Below are positions 30,743 to 40,764 of a DNA stretch of 64,000 bases, in pieces. The stretch is from positions 6,008 through 70,007 of the forward strand of contig JBDRNO010000145.1 in assembly GCA_043811005.1 (NCBI GenBank), given 5' to 3'. How positions within the stretch are numbered: position 1 is the first letter of the stretch; each line of letters begins with the position of its first letter. The translations under genes were made by a program, and so were the position numbers. Under the pieces are notes generated by a model. The model was given only the letters and a program-made list of their open reading frames with translations. It was not told the DNA's origin and did no database searches. The stretch comes from Bacteroidota bacterium. Lineage in GTDB: Bacteria > Bacteroidota > Bacteroidia > NORP154.

Positions 30743-32611
30743 ATGAAAAACATCCTTAATTTTAATAATCTCATTAATCTGTGTAATTTATGCTGTCTGT
30801 GTTTTATTCTCAGTAAATGTGCAACTATAGTCCCACCTTCGGGCGGACCAAAAGATATAACACCACCGGAAGTTGAAAAAAGTATTCCTGAAAATTATTC
30901 AACACAATTTAGCGCTAATGTTATTAAGATAACATTTAATAAATATATACAGCTAAACGATCTTTATAATCAACTCATTATATCTCCACCAATAGAACCA
31001 ATCCCTGATTTCAAGATAAAAGGCAAGACGCTGATAATTAAGCTTGATGTGGAATTTATGGGAAACACTACTTATTCCTTCAATTTTGGTGATGCTATCT
31101 GCGACATTAATGAGAACAACCCAATAGAAAATTTTCAATATGTTTTTTCAACAGGCGAATTTTTGGATTCCCTCTCAATTTCGGGCAAAGCAATGAATGC
31201 TTTTGACATGAAAGCGGAAAAAGGAATATTGGTGATGTTATATGATTGTGACCGTAGAGACGCGATTTCTCACCAGACGGGAGACGGGAATCGCGATTCT
31301 ATAGAAAATAAATGTGACTCTCTTCCTTACGTGAAACTGCCGGATTATTTCACCAAAACCGGTTCATCCGGGAAATTCAAGATCAATAACATCAAAAATG
31401 GAAAATATAAAGTATTTGCCTTAATGGATGAGAACAGGAACTATCTCTATGACCTGCCTAATGAACGAATTGCTTTCCTGGATAGAGTCATTGACCCGGC
31501 TGACACCCGCACTATCGCTCCTGACACAGGCGTATCACGGTTTAAAACCGTGCCACGCATTGCCGAAATACAACTTTCGCTTTTTGAGGAAAAAAAGACT
31601 AAACAGCGGTTGATAAAAGCGTATGCCGGACAATACGGGAAGATCACGCTCATCTTTAAGGAACCGGCAGACAATGTGCGTATCAGACCTCTGAATTTTT
31701 CCTCAAAAAAGCCATGGGAAATAGCGGATTTTTCAAAGAATAAAGACACGTTGCATTATTGGTTTACTATGGGAATCGATACTTTGGTTTTAGAAGTTAA
31801 CGATTATGAACCGGGTATAACTGGTCAACCGGTCTTTTCAGATACTGTAGAAATTCCGGTAGAAAAGGAAAAGGACAAGATAAAACTAAGTATAAAGACA
31901 AATCTGCCTGCCCCCGGAAAGATCAGGCCCGGCAAACAAAAGGGTATTACAAACGTACTTTTTGATCTATATGAAAACATTCAAGTGGTATTTTCTCATC
32001 CTGTCACTGCTTATGACTTCTCAAAGGTTATAATAACTGAAAGAATAGATACTATGAGAAAAGACACCATAAAATATGAAGTTATATTTGACGATAAAGC
32101 CATGAGGAGGTTTGAGCTAAAATATCCATGGAAACCGGATAGTGTTTACCAGTTATACATTCCCCAGGGGTGTTTTAAGGATATTTTTAATTTAACGAAT
32201 GACAGTTTGTGCGTTGATTTTAAAATTCGATCATTAAGTTATTATGGCAGTATTAAAGTAAAATTAGACATGAGTGAAAGGTTACCTGGTGAAATGCAGA
32301 GCTCACTATATGGAACCAAAAAAGATTCCACAATTGAGCATAATTATATTGTGCAGCTATTGGATGAAAAAGAGAACATTGTTGGAGAAAAGATCATTTC
32401 CTACACGGGTAGTGTAAAACAAGTGATCTGGTATGAATATCTCAAACCAAATAATTACAAGCTCAAAATGATCTATGACATTAATAACAACTCAAAATGG
32501 GATACCGGGAATTACCTTCAAAAACTACAGCCCGAAAAGGTTATCTACTATCCCGGTACTATAACCGTTCGTTCCAATTGGGATATTGAAGTGGAATGGA
32601 AGATGGAGTGA
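30743..32611 (+). CDS. Ig-like (Big_5-type) domain lipoprotein
   Basis: Lipoprotein Cys then CATIVPPSGGPKDITPP; YSFNFGDAI.D.NE.N; D.NNN.KWDTG. Confidence 0.8.
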   Translation: MKNILNFNNLINLCNLCCLCFILSKCATIVPPSGGPKDITPPEVEKSIPENYSTQFSANVIKITFNKYIQLNDLYNQLIISPPIEPIPDFKIKGKTLIIKLDVEFMGNTTYSFNFGDAICDINENNPIENFQYVFSTGEFLDSLSISGKAMNAFDMKAEKGILVMLYDCDRRDAISHQTGDGNRDSIENKCDSLPYVKLPDYFTKTGSSGKFKINNIKNGKYKVFALMDENRNYLYDLPNERIAFLDRVIDPADTRTIAPDTGVSRFKTVPRIAEIQLSLFEEKKTKQRLIKAYAGQYGKITLIFKEPADNVRIRPLNFSSKKPWEIADFSKNKDTLHYWFTMGIDTLVLEVNDYEPGITGQPVFSDTVEIPVEKEKDKIKLSIKTNLPAPGKIRPGKQKGITNVLFDLYENIQVVFSHPVTAYDFSKVIITERIDTMRKDTIKYEVIFDDKAMRRFELKYPWKPDSVYQLYIPQGCFKDIFNLTNDSLCVDFKIRSLSYYGSIKVKLDMSERLPGEMQSSLYGTKKDSTIEHNYIVQLLDEKENIVGEKIISYTGSVKQVIWYEYLKPNNYKLKMIYDINNNSKWDTGNYLQKLQPEKVIYYPGTITVRSNWDIEVEWKME

Positions 32612-32877
32612 TTGATGTGATTAGTTAGTTAGAGCGTAGTTGCCCCCGCAGGTATCCCAACGCGACAAACTACGTTCAGTTGGACAAATGATTCCCGGAG
32701 ATTTTTGTAAACGGTTAGCTATTAATAAATAAGAAGATTAGAAGCTTATAAACATTCTCTTATTCTTTTAATGCATCATTAATAAACTAAATTCAACAAC
32801 AATTATAAAAATAATCCTTAATTTAGTCAGCGAATAATTTATAGTTTCGGAGTTTCAATTTTTCAATAAAATTTGTT

Positions 32878-34914
32878 TTGATAACCAAGCCAACCATAGA
32901 TAAGATCTTTGATGCAGCCCGGATTGACGAGGTTGTAGGCGATTATGTCACTCTCAAAAAGAGGGGTGTTAACATGATTGCCCTATGTCCTTTTCACAAT
33001 GAGAAGACACCTTCGTTTACCGTTTCGCCTGCAAAAGGTATATACAAGTGTTTTGGCTGCGGTGCTGGCGGCAATGCCATCAATTTCGTGATGAAGCACG
33101 AAAAATACACTTATCCCGAAGCCCTGCGGTTCCTGGCAAAGAAATATAATATTGAAATTGAGGAAGAAGAACGCACGGAGGAAGAAGTTCAAAGAGAGGA
33201 AGAAAGCGAAAGCCTGTACGTGGTTCAATCTTTTGCACAGCAGTATTTCACCCGCAACCTCCACGAAACAGGTGAAGGCAAAGCTATTGGCTTGAGCTAT
33301 TTTAAAGAGAGGGGGTTCAGGGAAGAGACCATCAAAAGATTCCAGTTGGGCTATAGCCAGGAAGAGTGGGATGGATTTACAAAAACAGCCCTTAAAAGCG
33401 GATACAAATTGGAATTTTTAGTGAAAACCGGACTTACCATCTCGAGTCCCGGCTCCGGGGATGCAACCACTTCGGGCGATAAAAAACATTATGACAGGTT
33501 CAGGGGAAGGGTGATATTTCCAATACACAATCTTTCGGGAAGGGTGCCGGGCTTTGGTGGGCGTATCCTGAAAAGCGATGCAAAAGCCGCTAAATACATT
33601 AACTCTCCCGAATCTGAAATTTATGAAAAAAGAAAAAGTCTATACGGTTTATTTTTTGCAAAAAAATCAATTATTGCTGAAAATAATTGCTATTTGGTTG
33701 AGGGCTATACTGATGTTATCTCTCTTCACCAGGCAGGGATCGGGAATGTTGTTGCTTCCTCGGGTACATCTTTAACCGAAGAGCAAATCCGTCTTATAAA
33801 AAGATACACAAGGAGCATTACCTTCCTTTATGATGGAGACCCTGCGGGAATAAAGGCATCCCTTCGCGGAACGGATCTTGTTTTAGAACAGGGGATGAAT
33901 GTGAAAGTTGTCTTGTTCCCTGATGGAGAAGACCCGGATTCATTTGCTAAAAAGATCAATGATGCCGGATTGAAGCAATTCATCATTGATAATGCCAAGG
34001 ATTTCATTGTCTTTAAGACCCGCCTTCTCCTGGAGGAAAGCAAGAACGACCCCATTAAAAAAACAGCGCTTATAAGGGATATTGTTGAGTCCATCGCTGT
34101 TATTCCTGATGCTATTGCCCGCTCTGTTTATGTTCAGGAGTGCAGCAAGACATTAAATATATCTGAACAGGCGCTTCTCAATGAGTTAAACAAAATTCGC
34201 AGGAAAAAACTTGAAATAAGGATGAGGGATGAATTGGCAAAACAGAATTTGCAAGATATTCCCATTCCGGCAGGTACACCCACACAGCCATTTGAGGATG
34301 TGGAATTGCACAAATTACAAGATATTAAGAGCGCTGAATACCAGGAAAGAGATATAATTCGTTTTTTGTTGAATTATGGCAGCCACCGATTAGTGTTTCC
34401 CCGTCCCGGCATCGAAGAACCCGGGAGAGGAAGCGCACCCCCTGATGAAGATGGCCAATCAAACGTAGAAATATCTGTTGCTGAATTTATTATCAACGAG
34501 ATTGTGGATGACCAGATTGAGATTGAAAGCCCAATTTACCGGAAGATATTTGATGAGTTTTTAGATTCCATTGAAAAACAAATTATTCCTGACCAGCAGC
34601 ATTTTCTCAATCATCTGGATATCAAAATAAGTGAACTAGCCGTTAACCTGGTATTTTCGCCATATAGCTTAAGTGATAACTGGAAAAAACACAAGATCTA
34701 TGTAAGAACGGAGGATATGTTGCTTAAGCAAGCGGTGGAAAGGTCAGTCTATTCGTTAAAAATTTCAAAATTAAAAATCATGATCTCCGAGATGCAGAAT
34801 AATATTAAGGATGCCACGGCTGCGGAGGACAGGACTGACCTGATGCAGCAATATCATCGTCTTTTGGAAATAAAAAAGATAATTTCAAAACAATTGGGGA
34901 GGGTGATTAGTTAG
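32878..34914 (+). CDS. dnaG: DNA primase
   Basis: CPFHNEKTPSF zinc domain, DRFRGRVIFPI, KYINSPE, VEGYTD, TOPRIM YDGD. Confidence 0.97.
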   Translation: MITKPTIDKIFDAARIDEVVGDYVTLKKRGVNMIALCPFHNEKTPSFTVSPAKGIYKCFGCGAGGNAINFVMKHEKYTYPEALRFLAKKYNIEIEEEERTEEEVQREEESESLYVVQSFAQQYFTRNLHETGEGKAIGLSYFKERGFREETIKRFQLGYSQEEWDGFTKTALKSGYKLEFLVKTGLTISSPGSGDATTSGDKKHYDRFRGRVIFPIHNLSGRVPGFGGRILKSDAKAAKYINSPESEIYEKRKSLYGLFFAKKSIIAENNCYLVEGYTDVISLHQAGIGNVVASSGTSLTEEQIRLIKRYTRSITFLYDGDPAGIKASLRGTDLVLEQGMNVKVVLFPDGEDPDSFAKKINDAGLKQFIIDNAKDFIVFKTRLLLEESKNDPIKKTALIRDIVESIAVIPDAIARSVYVQECSKTLNISEQALLNELNKIRRKKLEIRMRDELAKQNLQDIPIPAGTPTQPFEDVELHKLQDIKSAEYQERDIIRFLLNYGSHRLVFPRPGIEEPGRGSAPPDEDGQSNVEISVAEFIINEIVDDQIEIESPIYRKIFDEFLDSIEKQIIPDQQHFLNHLDIKISELAVNLVFSPYSLSDNWKKHKIYVRTEDMLLKQAVERSVYSLKISKLKIMISEMQNNIKDATAAEDRTDLMQQYHRLLEIKKIISKQLGRVIS

Positions 34915-34936
34915 GGGCTTAAAAGTCAAAATTTAC

Positions 34937-35363
34937 TCCCGACAAGCTTGTCGGGATCGATAATTTTGTTGATGTTAATAAACAAGTTGACAGTTGACAG
35001 TATGCGGTTGGCAAAAAATAAATTGCCTACTGTCAATTGCCTACTTGTATCAAGTTTAGTAAAATTTATTTTCCGCTAAAATGGAGCCCTTCGTCCCTCA
35101 GGATAAACTCCGCGGAATTCACGAACACCTTTTCTATTCTCAATTTTCAAAATTATTTTCCAATCCCAATTATCCAACACCAATTTCCAATCTCCATTCT
35201 CCATTCCACACCGCCTCAAAATAAAATTTGACCTAAATCTAATAATCAAGGAAAAAATGATGGAGAATGACAATTGGTATTAAGGAGCGCCATCGTTCAG
35301 AAATTTCCCTGCCCCACACTCCCTGCAATCATGCATCCTTGCATCCTTGCAATCATACAGCCA
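34937..35363. repeat. Mosaic of several miniature repeat families between dnaG and recJ
   Basis: Perfect palindrome tcccgacaagcttgtcggga (34937-34956); inverted heptamers (34983-35047); cccttcgtccctcaggataaactccgcg; heptamers near 35130-35207; octamers tgcaatca/tgcatcct (35324-35363). Confidence 0.75.
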
Positions 35364-35377
35364 ACCATATAGCAATT

Positions 35378-37129
35378 TTACAATTTAGCCGCCCTGATGT
35401 CTTTAATATTCAACTGCAGCGAAACAACCCCATTCCATTCGTTTTCCTCAATAGTATAACAAATATCAAAAGGTGCGTTTTGAGAAACTGTTTTAAGGTG
35501 TTCGCCCTGTTTAAAGGCAATTGCAGAAAAACCCGGATTTGAACTGTTCTGGTCAATGATGTTTATTTTAAGGTGATTATTCCCCACAATGCGCGCAAAG
35601 CCCTTATCAACTACATTACAGGTTTTAAAAACAGGCATCATGTTCATGGGTCCAAAAGGGGCAAATTGATTAATGATGTTGAAAAAATTTTGGGTTATAT
35701 CGCTTAGTTTTATCTCTGCATCAATCTCAACTTCGGGAACGAGCAAACTGTCATCAATCATATCACTTACAATCCGTTCGAATTTTTCTTTAAAGGCAGG
35801 CAGGTTTTCCATTTTTAAAGTTAAGCCCGCTGCATACTTATGGCCGCCAAATTGTTCCAGCAAATCGCTGCATGCTTCAATAGCTTGGTAAACATTGAAG
35901 TTTTTGACCGTCCTTGCCGAACCGGTAGCCATTCCATTGGATTTTGTCAATATTATGGTTGGACGGTAATATTTTTCGATCACGCGGGAAGCCACTATGC
36001 CAATAACCCCTTTATGCCATCCCGGATCGAACAAAACTGTGGTTTTGCGATCAATAAGATTGCTGTCTCTTTCAATCATCTCAATGGCTTTAAGCGTTAT
36101 GTGGGCGTCAATATTTCTTCGTTCAGTATTGTTGATGTCAATACTTCTTCCTGAAGCATAGGCGGCTTCATCGTCCACGGAAAGAAGCAATTCAACCGCT
36201 TTCCTTCCGCTGTCTATTCTTCCGGCAGCATTTATTCTCGGACCTATAATAAAGACCAGGTTATTAACCGTGAGTTTCTTTTTAATATTGTTCAGATCTA
36301 AAATTGCCTTAATGCCGGGCCTGGGTTTTTCGTTAATCCGCTTTAATCCGAAATGGGTTAATATCCTGTTTTCGTCTATAATGGGAACAATATCAGATGC
36401 AATGCTGATGGCAGTTAGATCGAGACATTGTTCTAATTCCCGGAAGGGAATATTATTTTTTTGCGAATATGCATGCATGAGCTTAAAGCCAATGCCGCAG
36501 CCCGAAAGTTCATCAAAAGGATAATTGCAATCCTTGCGCTTAGGGTCTAATATGGCTATAGCGTCTGGAAGCAGCTCATTCCCGGTTTCTTTATCATAGC
36601 CCGGCAGATGGTGATCGCATACGATAAAATCAATACCTTTTTCCCTGGCATACCTGATCTTCTCAACTGCTTTTATCCCGCAATCAAGGCATATTATCAA
36701 TGAAAATCCATTATCTTTTGCAAAGTCTATTCCCAGAAAAGATACTCCATAGCCCTCTGTGTAGCGGTCGGGAATATAGTAACCGATCTTATTGGGGATT
36801 GTGGAATCATTAAGCGCTTTATTGAGGAAAGAATAAACCAATGCCACAGAAGAAGTGCCATCCACATCATAGTCGCCATAAACCAATATTTTCTCATCCG
36901 TACGGATAGCTCTTTCAATCCTCTCAACCGCGATATCCATATCTTTCATTAAAAAAGGATCGTGCAGTTTTATGATCTCAGGACGGAAAAAATCTTTTGA
37001 TTCATCAAAGGTCGTAATTCCCCTTTGCACCAGCAGGTTTGAAAGAATTTCACTGATGTTCAATTCTTCTGAAAGATGTTTTACAACATCAGGGCTGCCA
37101 TTCTCTTTTAAAACCCATCTTTTTTGCAT
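35378..37129 (-). CDS. recJ: Single-stranded-DNA-specific exonuclease RecJ
   Basis: GDYDVDG, DCG, DHH, GPRINAAGR, GGHKYAAG; start moved to MQKRW (37129) because the longer N-terminus translates a nonamer repeat. Confidence 0.96.
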   Translation of the reverse strand: MQKRWVLKENGSPDVVKHLSEELNISEILSNLLVQRGITTFDESKDFFRPEIIKLHDPFLMKDMDIAVERIERAIRTDEKILVYGDYDVDGTSSVALVYSFLNKALNDSTIPNKIGYYIPDRYTEGYGVSFLGIDFAKDNGFSLIICLDCGIKAVEKIRYAREKGIDFIVCDHHLPGYDKETGNELLPDAIAILDPKRKDCNYPFDELSGCGIGFKLMHAYSQKNNIPFRELEQCLDLTAISIASDIVPIIDENRILTHFGLKRINEKPRPGIKAILDLNNIKKKLTVNNLVFIIGPRINAAGRIDSGRKAVELLLSVDDEAAYASGRSIDINNTERRNIDAHITLKAIEMIERDSNLIDRKTTVLFDPGWHKGVIGIVASRVIEKYYRPTIILTKSNGMATGSARTVKNFNVYQAIEACSDLLEQFGGHKYAAGLTLKMENLPAFKEKFERIVSDMIDDSLLVPEVEIDAEIKLSDITQNFFNIINQFAPFGPMNMMPVFKTCNVVDKGFARIVGNNHLKINIIDQNSSNPGFSAIAFKQGEHLKTVSQNAPFDICYTIEENEWNGVVSLQLNIKDIRAAKL

Positions 37130-37274
37130 AATTTTAGCGTGAAAAATTTTTGTAAAATTAGTCATTAAATTTTTAGTATCAGAATTAAAATGTTTGCCAC
37201 GAATTTCACTAATTTTCACTAATTTTTTCTAATTATAATTGTTTAAATATAAAAAAGTGAACCATACAATAAAG

Positions 37275-38066
37275 ATGACTACATATTTAATATTAGTTTT
37301 TGCAATATTGGGAATAACCCTATGTATAACCTTATATAACATTCAGGAGAAGCTCATTTTTCATCCGGAAATTTTACCGCAGGATTATCAATTTGATTTT
37401 GAGCAGCAATTTGAAGAATTGTATTATGATGTGGATGAGAAAGTTAAGATCAATGCCCTGCATTTTAAAGCGGACAGCACCAAGGGCGCGGTCCTCTATT
37501 TTCACGGTAATGCCGGCAGCTTAAAGGGGTGGGGATATATTGCAGAAGATTTCACAAGGAATGGCTATGACCTTTTGATATTTGATTACAGGGGTTTTGG
37601 GAAAAGTACCGGCAAAATAACAAACGAAGAGGGTTTACATAATGATGCTGAAATTATATATAAAAAGTTATTAAAAGATTATCCCGAAGAAGACATTGTA
37701 ATTTATGGAAGGTCAATAGGTACAGGAATTGCGGTAAAACTTGCTTCTGAAAACTCCCCTAAAATGCTGATCCTTGAAACCCCTTATTTCAGTCTTCCGG
37801 ATTTAGCAAAGTATCATATGCCTTATATACCCCATTCATTGGCGTTGAAATATACATTCAAAACCTATCTATGGATCACTAAAGTGAAATGCCCGGTACA
37901 CATCTTTCATGGGACAGAAGACAGGATTGTGCCATACAATTCGAGTATTCGTTTGCTGAATTTGCTTGAAAACAATATTGCTCTAACCACGATTAAAGGA
38001 GGAACCCATAATGACCTTTCCTCTTATTCCGATTACCAGGATAAATTGGAATCGTTGTTAAACTAA
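37275..38066 (+). CDS. Alpha/beta hydrolase with N-terminal membrane anchor
   Basis: YFHGNAG, DYRGFGKS, GRSIG nucleophile elbow, HGTED, GTHND. Confidence 0.9.
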   Translation: MTTYLILVFAILGITLCITLYNIQEKLIFHPEILPQDYQFDFEQQFEELYYDVDEKVKINALHFKADSTKGAVLYFHGNAGSLKGWGYIAEDFTRNGYDLLIFDYRGFGKSTGKITNEEGLHNDAEIIYKKLLKDYPEEDIVIYGRSIGTGIAVKLASENSPKMLILETPYFSLPDLAKYHMPYIPHSLALKYTFKTYLWITKVKCPVHIFHGTEDRIVPYNSSIRLLNLLENNIALTTIKGGTHNDLSSYSDYQDKLESLLN

Positions 38067-38230
38067 GAACATAAATTTAGTGGAATTTAGTGTTTTTGTG
38101 CCTGGTGGCTAAACATTTAAATTTCGAAACGTATTAAATAGCAACTTGTCAAATAAAAATTTGGTTATTATCTTTTTATATTTATATTTGCCGCCTGAAA
38201 TCAAATTATTAATCTAAAAAAAAATAAGTT

Positions 38231-39148
38231 ATGAAAAAATCAAAAATTTTAGGATTGTTTTTAGTTACACTATTTCTAAGCAGTGTAGCCCTTTTTGAAG
38301 GTTGTAAAAAAGGGGAGGAAGACCCAGGTATTTCTTTTAGAGGCAGGGATTCAAGGGTTACCGGAACATGGACATTGAAAAGCTATGAAATAAATGGGAC
38401 TACAAGTGAAATTGTTAATGTTTCAAACGATGTTAACGATGACACGTTCTATTCAAAAGAAACCTCAACCTCGTCAATGAAATATAATGGCACGAGTATG
38501 GTTACTTCTGATATCTATAATTATGAAGATAGTGACGTTCACCTGGCATATGATTATGGTGATACAAAGTGGAAAGATTATGAAGCAGTGAGTGATAACG
38601 CATCAACGAGTAATTCTACAACAGCATACTCACTTACTCTGACCTTGTATAAAGACAATACATACGAAATTACAGTGACAACGGGGAATGCTTCCGGTTC
38701 TTCAACATGGGAGTGGTCATATGATATTACAGATGATGCAAATGGGGATAGTGATGATAGTGATGATGGAGATGATGATTGGTCTACTACAGAGACTTCT
38801 ACTTCCATAGAACAGGGAGCATGGTATTGGGAAGATGAAACAAAAAAAGAAAAATTGTTCCTTAATGCCGGACCAATAAAGGGCAAAGTAGTTAAATTGT
38901 CCAATAAAGAATTGTGGATTGAAATTCGTTACGGAGCGTTGTCCGATAATAACGGTGAGGAAACTTCAGATTTAGGGTCCAGTACTGATGTTGAAACGCT
39001 GGATTTACTGAAGTATGATGATGACAGTCCGGGAGACGTCAAAGAAGGAGACGAAACTACCATTACAACCTGGAATAACACAAACACTGAAGTCATGTGG
39101 GTTTTTGAAAAAACAGATAAAAATTCTAAAAGACATAAAGCTGAGTAA
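38231..39148 (+). CDS. Acidic Ser/Thr/Asp-rich lipoprotein of unknown function
   Basis: Lipobox FEGC, GTW lipocalin-like start; TATATTTG promoter at 38183-38190. Confidence 0.75.
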   Translation: MKKSKILGLFLVTLFLSSVALFEGCKKGEEDPGISFRGRDSRVTGTWTLKSYEINGTTSEIVNVSNDVNDDTFYSKETSTSSMKYNGTSMVTSDIYNYEDSDVHLAYDYGDTKWKDYEAVSDNASTSNSTTAYSLTLTLYKDNTYEITVTTGNASGSSTWEWSYDITDDANGDSDDSDDGDDDWSTTETSTSIEQGAWYWEDETKKEKLFLNAGPIKGKVVKLSNKELWIEIRYGALSDNNGEETSDLGSSTDVETLDLLKYDDDSPGDVKEGDETTITTWNNTNTEVMWVFEKTDKNSKRHKAE

Positions 39149-39186
39149 GCATCCTCCTCTCAGGAAATAGTTCTGATAGAATAATC

Positions 39187-39222
39187 AAAAAAAGCCGTCT
39201 CAAATGTGGGGCGGCTTTTTTT
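39187..39222 (+). terminator. Rho-independent terminator, possibly bidirectional
   Basis: aaaaaaagccgtctc-aaatgt-ggggcggc-ttttttt. Confidence 0.8.
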
Positions 39223-39268
39223 GTAAATAATATTACATTTGCAAAAAGCTTTAAACAATTAGGTATAA

Positions 39269-40390
39269 ATGCAGATAGACATAAAATATTTTGTTCTCCA
39301 TTTAAGTTTTATATGTGGCATTATCCTCTATGAAGGAATTTCTTTTGCACAGGTTGTTGATACCACGCTTAACGAAGAGGAAAGGCAATTCAGGGATTCA
39401 ATTGCATCACTGAATATTGATTTTGAGCTATTGCAGAAGTCTCAGGAATACTATAATGAAGGGATACAACTGTTTGAGCAGAAAAAGTATAAAGCAGCAA
39501 TAATGAGTTTTGATGCGGCTGTTGAACTTAATCCTGCATTTACAGAAGCATATTTTAACCGCGGGGCAGCCCATCTACAACTAAAAGAGTTCGAAAAGGC
39601 AGTTAATGATTTCAGTACAGTTATTGATTCTAATGCAACTCACGCTAATGCCCGCTTCAAAAGAGCGGAAACTTTTACGGGGTTGAAGGATTTTAAGAAG
39701 GCAATAATGGATTATAAAAAGGTTATTGAGCTGGAACCCCAAAATGCCAACGCCAGATACAATTTAGGGGATATTTTATTTATCATGGAAGATTATGAGA
39801 ACTCAATCGTGGAATTCAGTAAAGCCATAGCGTTAAAAAAAGATTATGCCTATGCCTATAATGACAGGGGAAGCTGTTACAGGCAGTTGGGAAAATACCC
39901 CGAAGCGATTTCCGATTATGAAAAAGCCGCCTCCATTAACCCCGGTCTTGCTTTTATTTATAATAATATTGGAAGCGCCAGGAAAAAAATGAAGGATTTC
40001 AATGGAGCCATAACCGCTTATAGCAATGCGATCAAAATAAATCCCGGATTTTTTCTCGCTTATAATAACAGAGGAGCCATTTTTCTTGAACAAGGCAAAT
40101 ACCAGGAAGCCATTACAAATTTCAACGAAGCGATAAAGCTTAATAGTAAATATGCATTGGCATACAACAATAGAGGCTTGGTAAAGCACAAGCTGGAGAA
40201 ATACCAGGAAGCCATTACTGACTTTGATAAGGCAATCCTGTTAAATTCAAATTATGCCATTGCGTATCTGAACAGGGGTATTACCAAAGAGATGGCAAGA
40301 GACCCTGAAGGCGCCTGTGCCGATTGGAAAAAGGCAAAAGAGCTGGGTGTAGAACAAGGGAAGAAGTATTTAATAAATGATTGTAACTGA
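39269..40390 (+). CDS. Exported tetratricopeptide repeat protein
   Basis: Tandem AYNNRG..A..D..KAI..NP units; C-terminal ACADWKKA. Confidence 0.92.
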   Translation: MQIDIKYFVLHLSFICGIILYEGISFAQVVDTTLNEEERQFRDSIASLNIDFELLQKSQEYYNEGIQLFEQKKYKAAIMSFDAAVELNPAFTEAYFNRGAAHLQLKEFEKAVNDFSTVIDSNATHANARFKRAETFTGLKDFKKAIMDYKKVIELEPQNANARYNLGDILFIMEDYENSIVEFSKAIALKKDYAYAYNDRGSCYRQLGKYPEAISDYEKAASINPGLAFIYNNIGSARKKMKDFNGAITAYSNAIKINPGFFLAYNNRGAIFLEQGKYQEAITNFNEAIKLNSKYALAYNNRGLVKHKLEKYQEAITDFDKAILLNSNYAIAYLNRGITKEMARDPEGACADWKKAKELGVEQGKKYLINDCN

Positions 40391-40438
40391 CATTCCCCTG
40401 CTCCAATGTTATTAAGTTAAAAGGGTAATATGTTTAAT

Positions 40439-40727
40439 ATCAGATTAGCACCACGCTTTAGGTGTCTAAATGAATTAAAATCGTTTTATAGTCCGCTTCA
40501 ACGGACTTCTGATAGAGTAAAGACATAAAAATCATGAAACATTCACACACACGTATTTGGGTTCATCTTATTTGGGGAACAAAAAACCATGAGCGCATTT
40601 TATTTAAGGAACAAGGGAAACAATTGTATAGCTTTTTGATGATTGAACATAGAAGCCCGCTGAAGCGGGCTAATAATAATTATGTTTATATTTCAAACAC
40701 CACGCTAAAGCGTGGTGCTAGTCTGAT
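40439..40727 (+). mobile_element. Internally deleted IS200/RAYT-like (Y1 HUH transposase) element with nested inverted repeats
   Basis: ORF 40534 starts MKHSHTRIWVHLIWGTKN (TnpA-Y1-type N-terminus) and breaks off; outer IR 40439-40461/40705-40727 (22/23); inner IR 40489-40510/40651-40672 (19/22). Confidence 0.8.
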
Positions 40728-40764
40728 GCTTTAAATAAAAGTTTTATGGCTTAACTTAATAACA

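Noticed and set aside
35037-35542. Short ORFs in the dnaG-recJ gap
   Set aside because: Translations of repeat mosaics or antisense to recJ; no protein motifs
37130-37219. N-terminal extension of RecJ (likewise GpsA 4745-4804)
   Set aside because: Overlaps repeat DNA; recognisable protein begins at the downstream ATG
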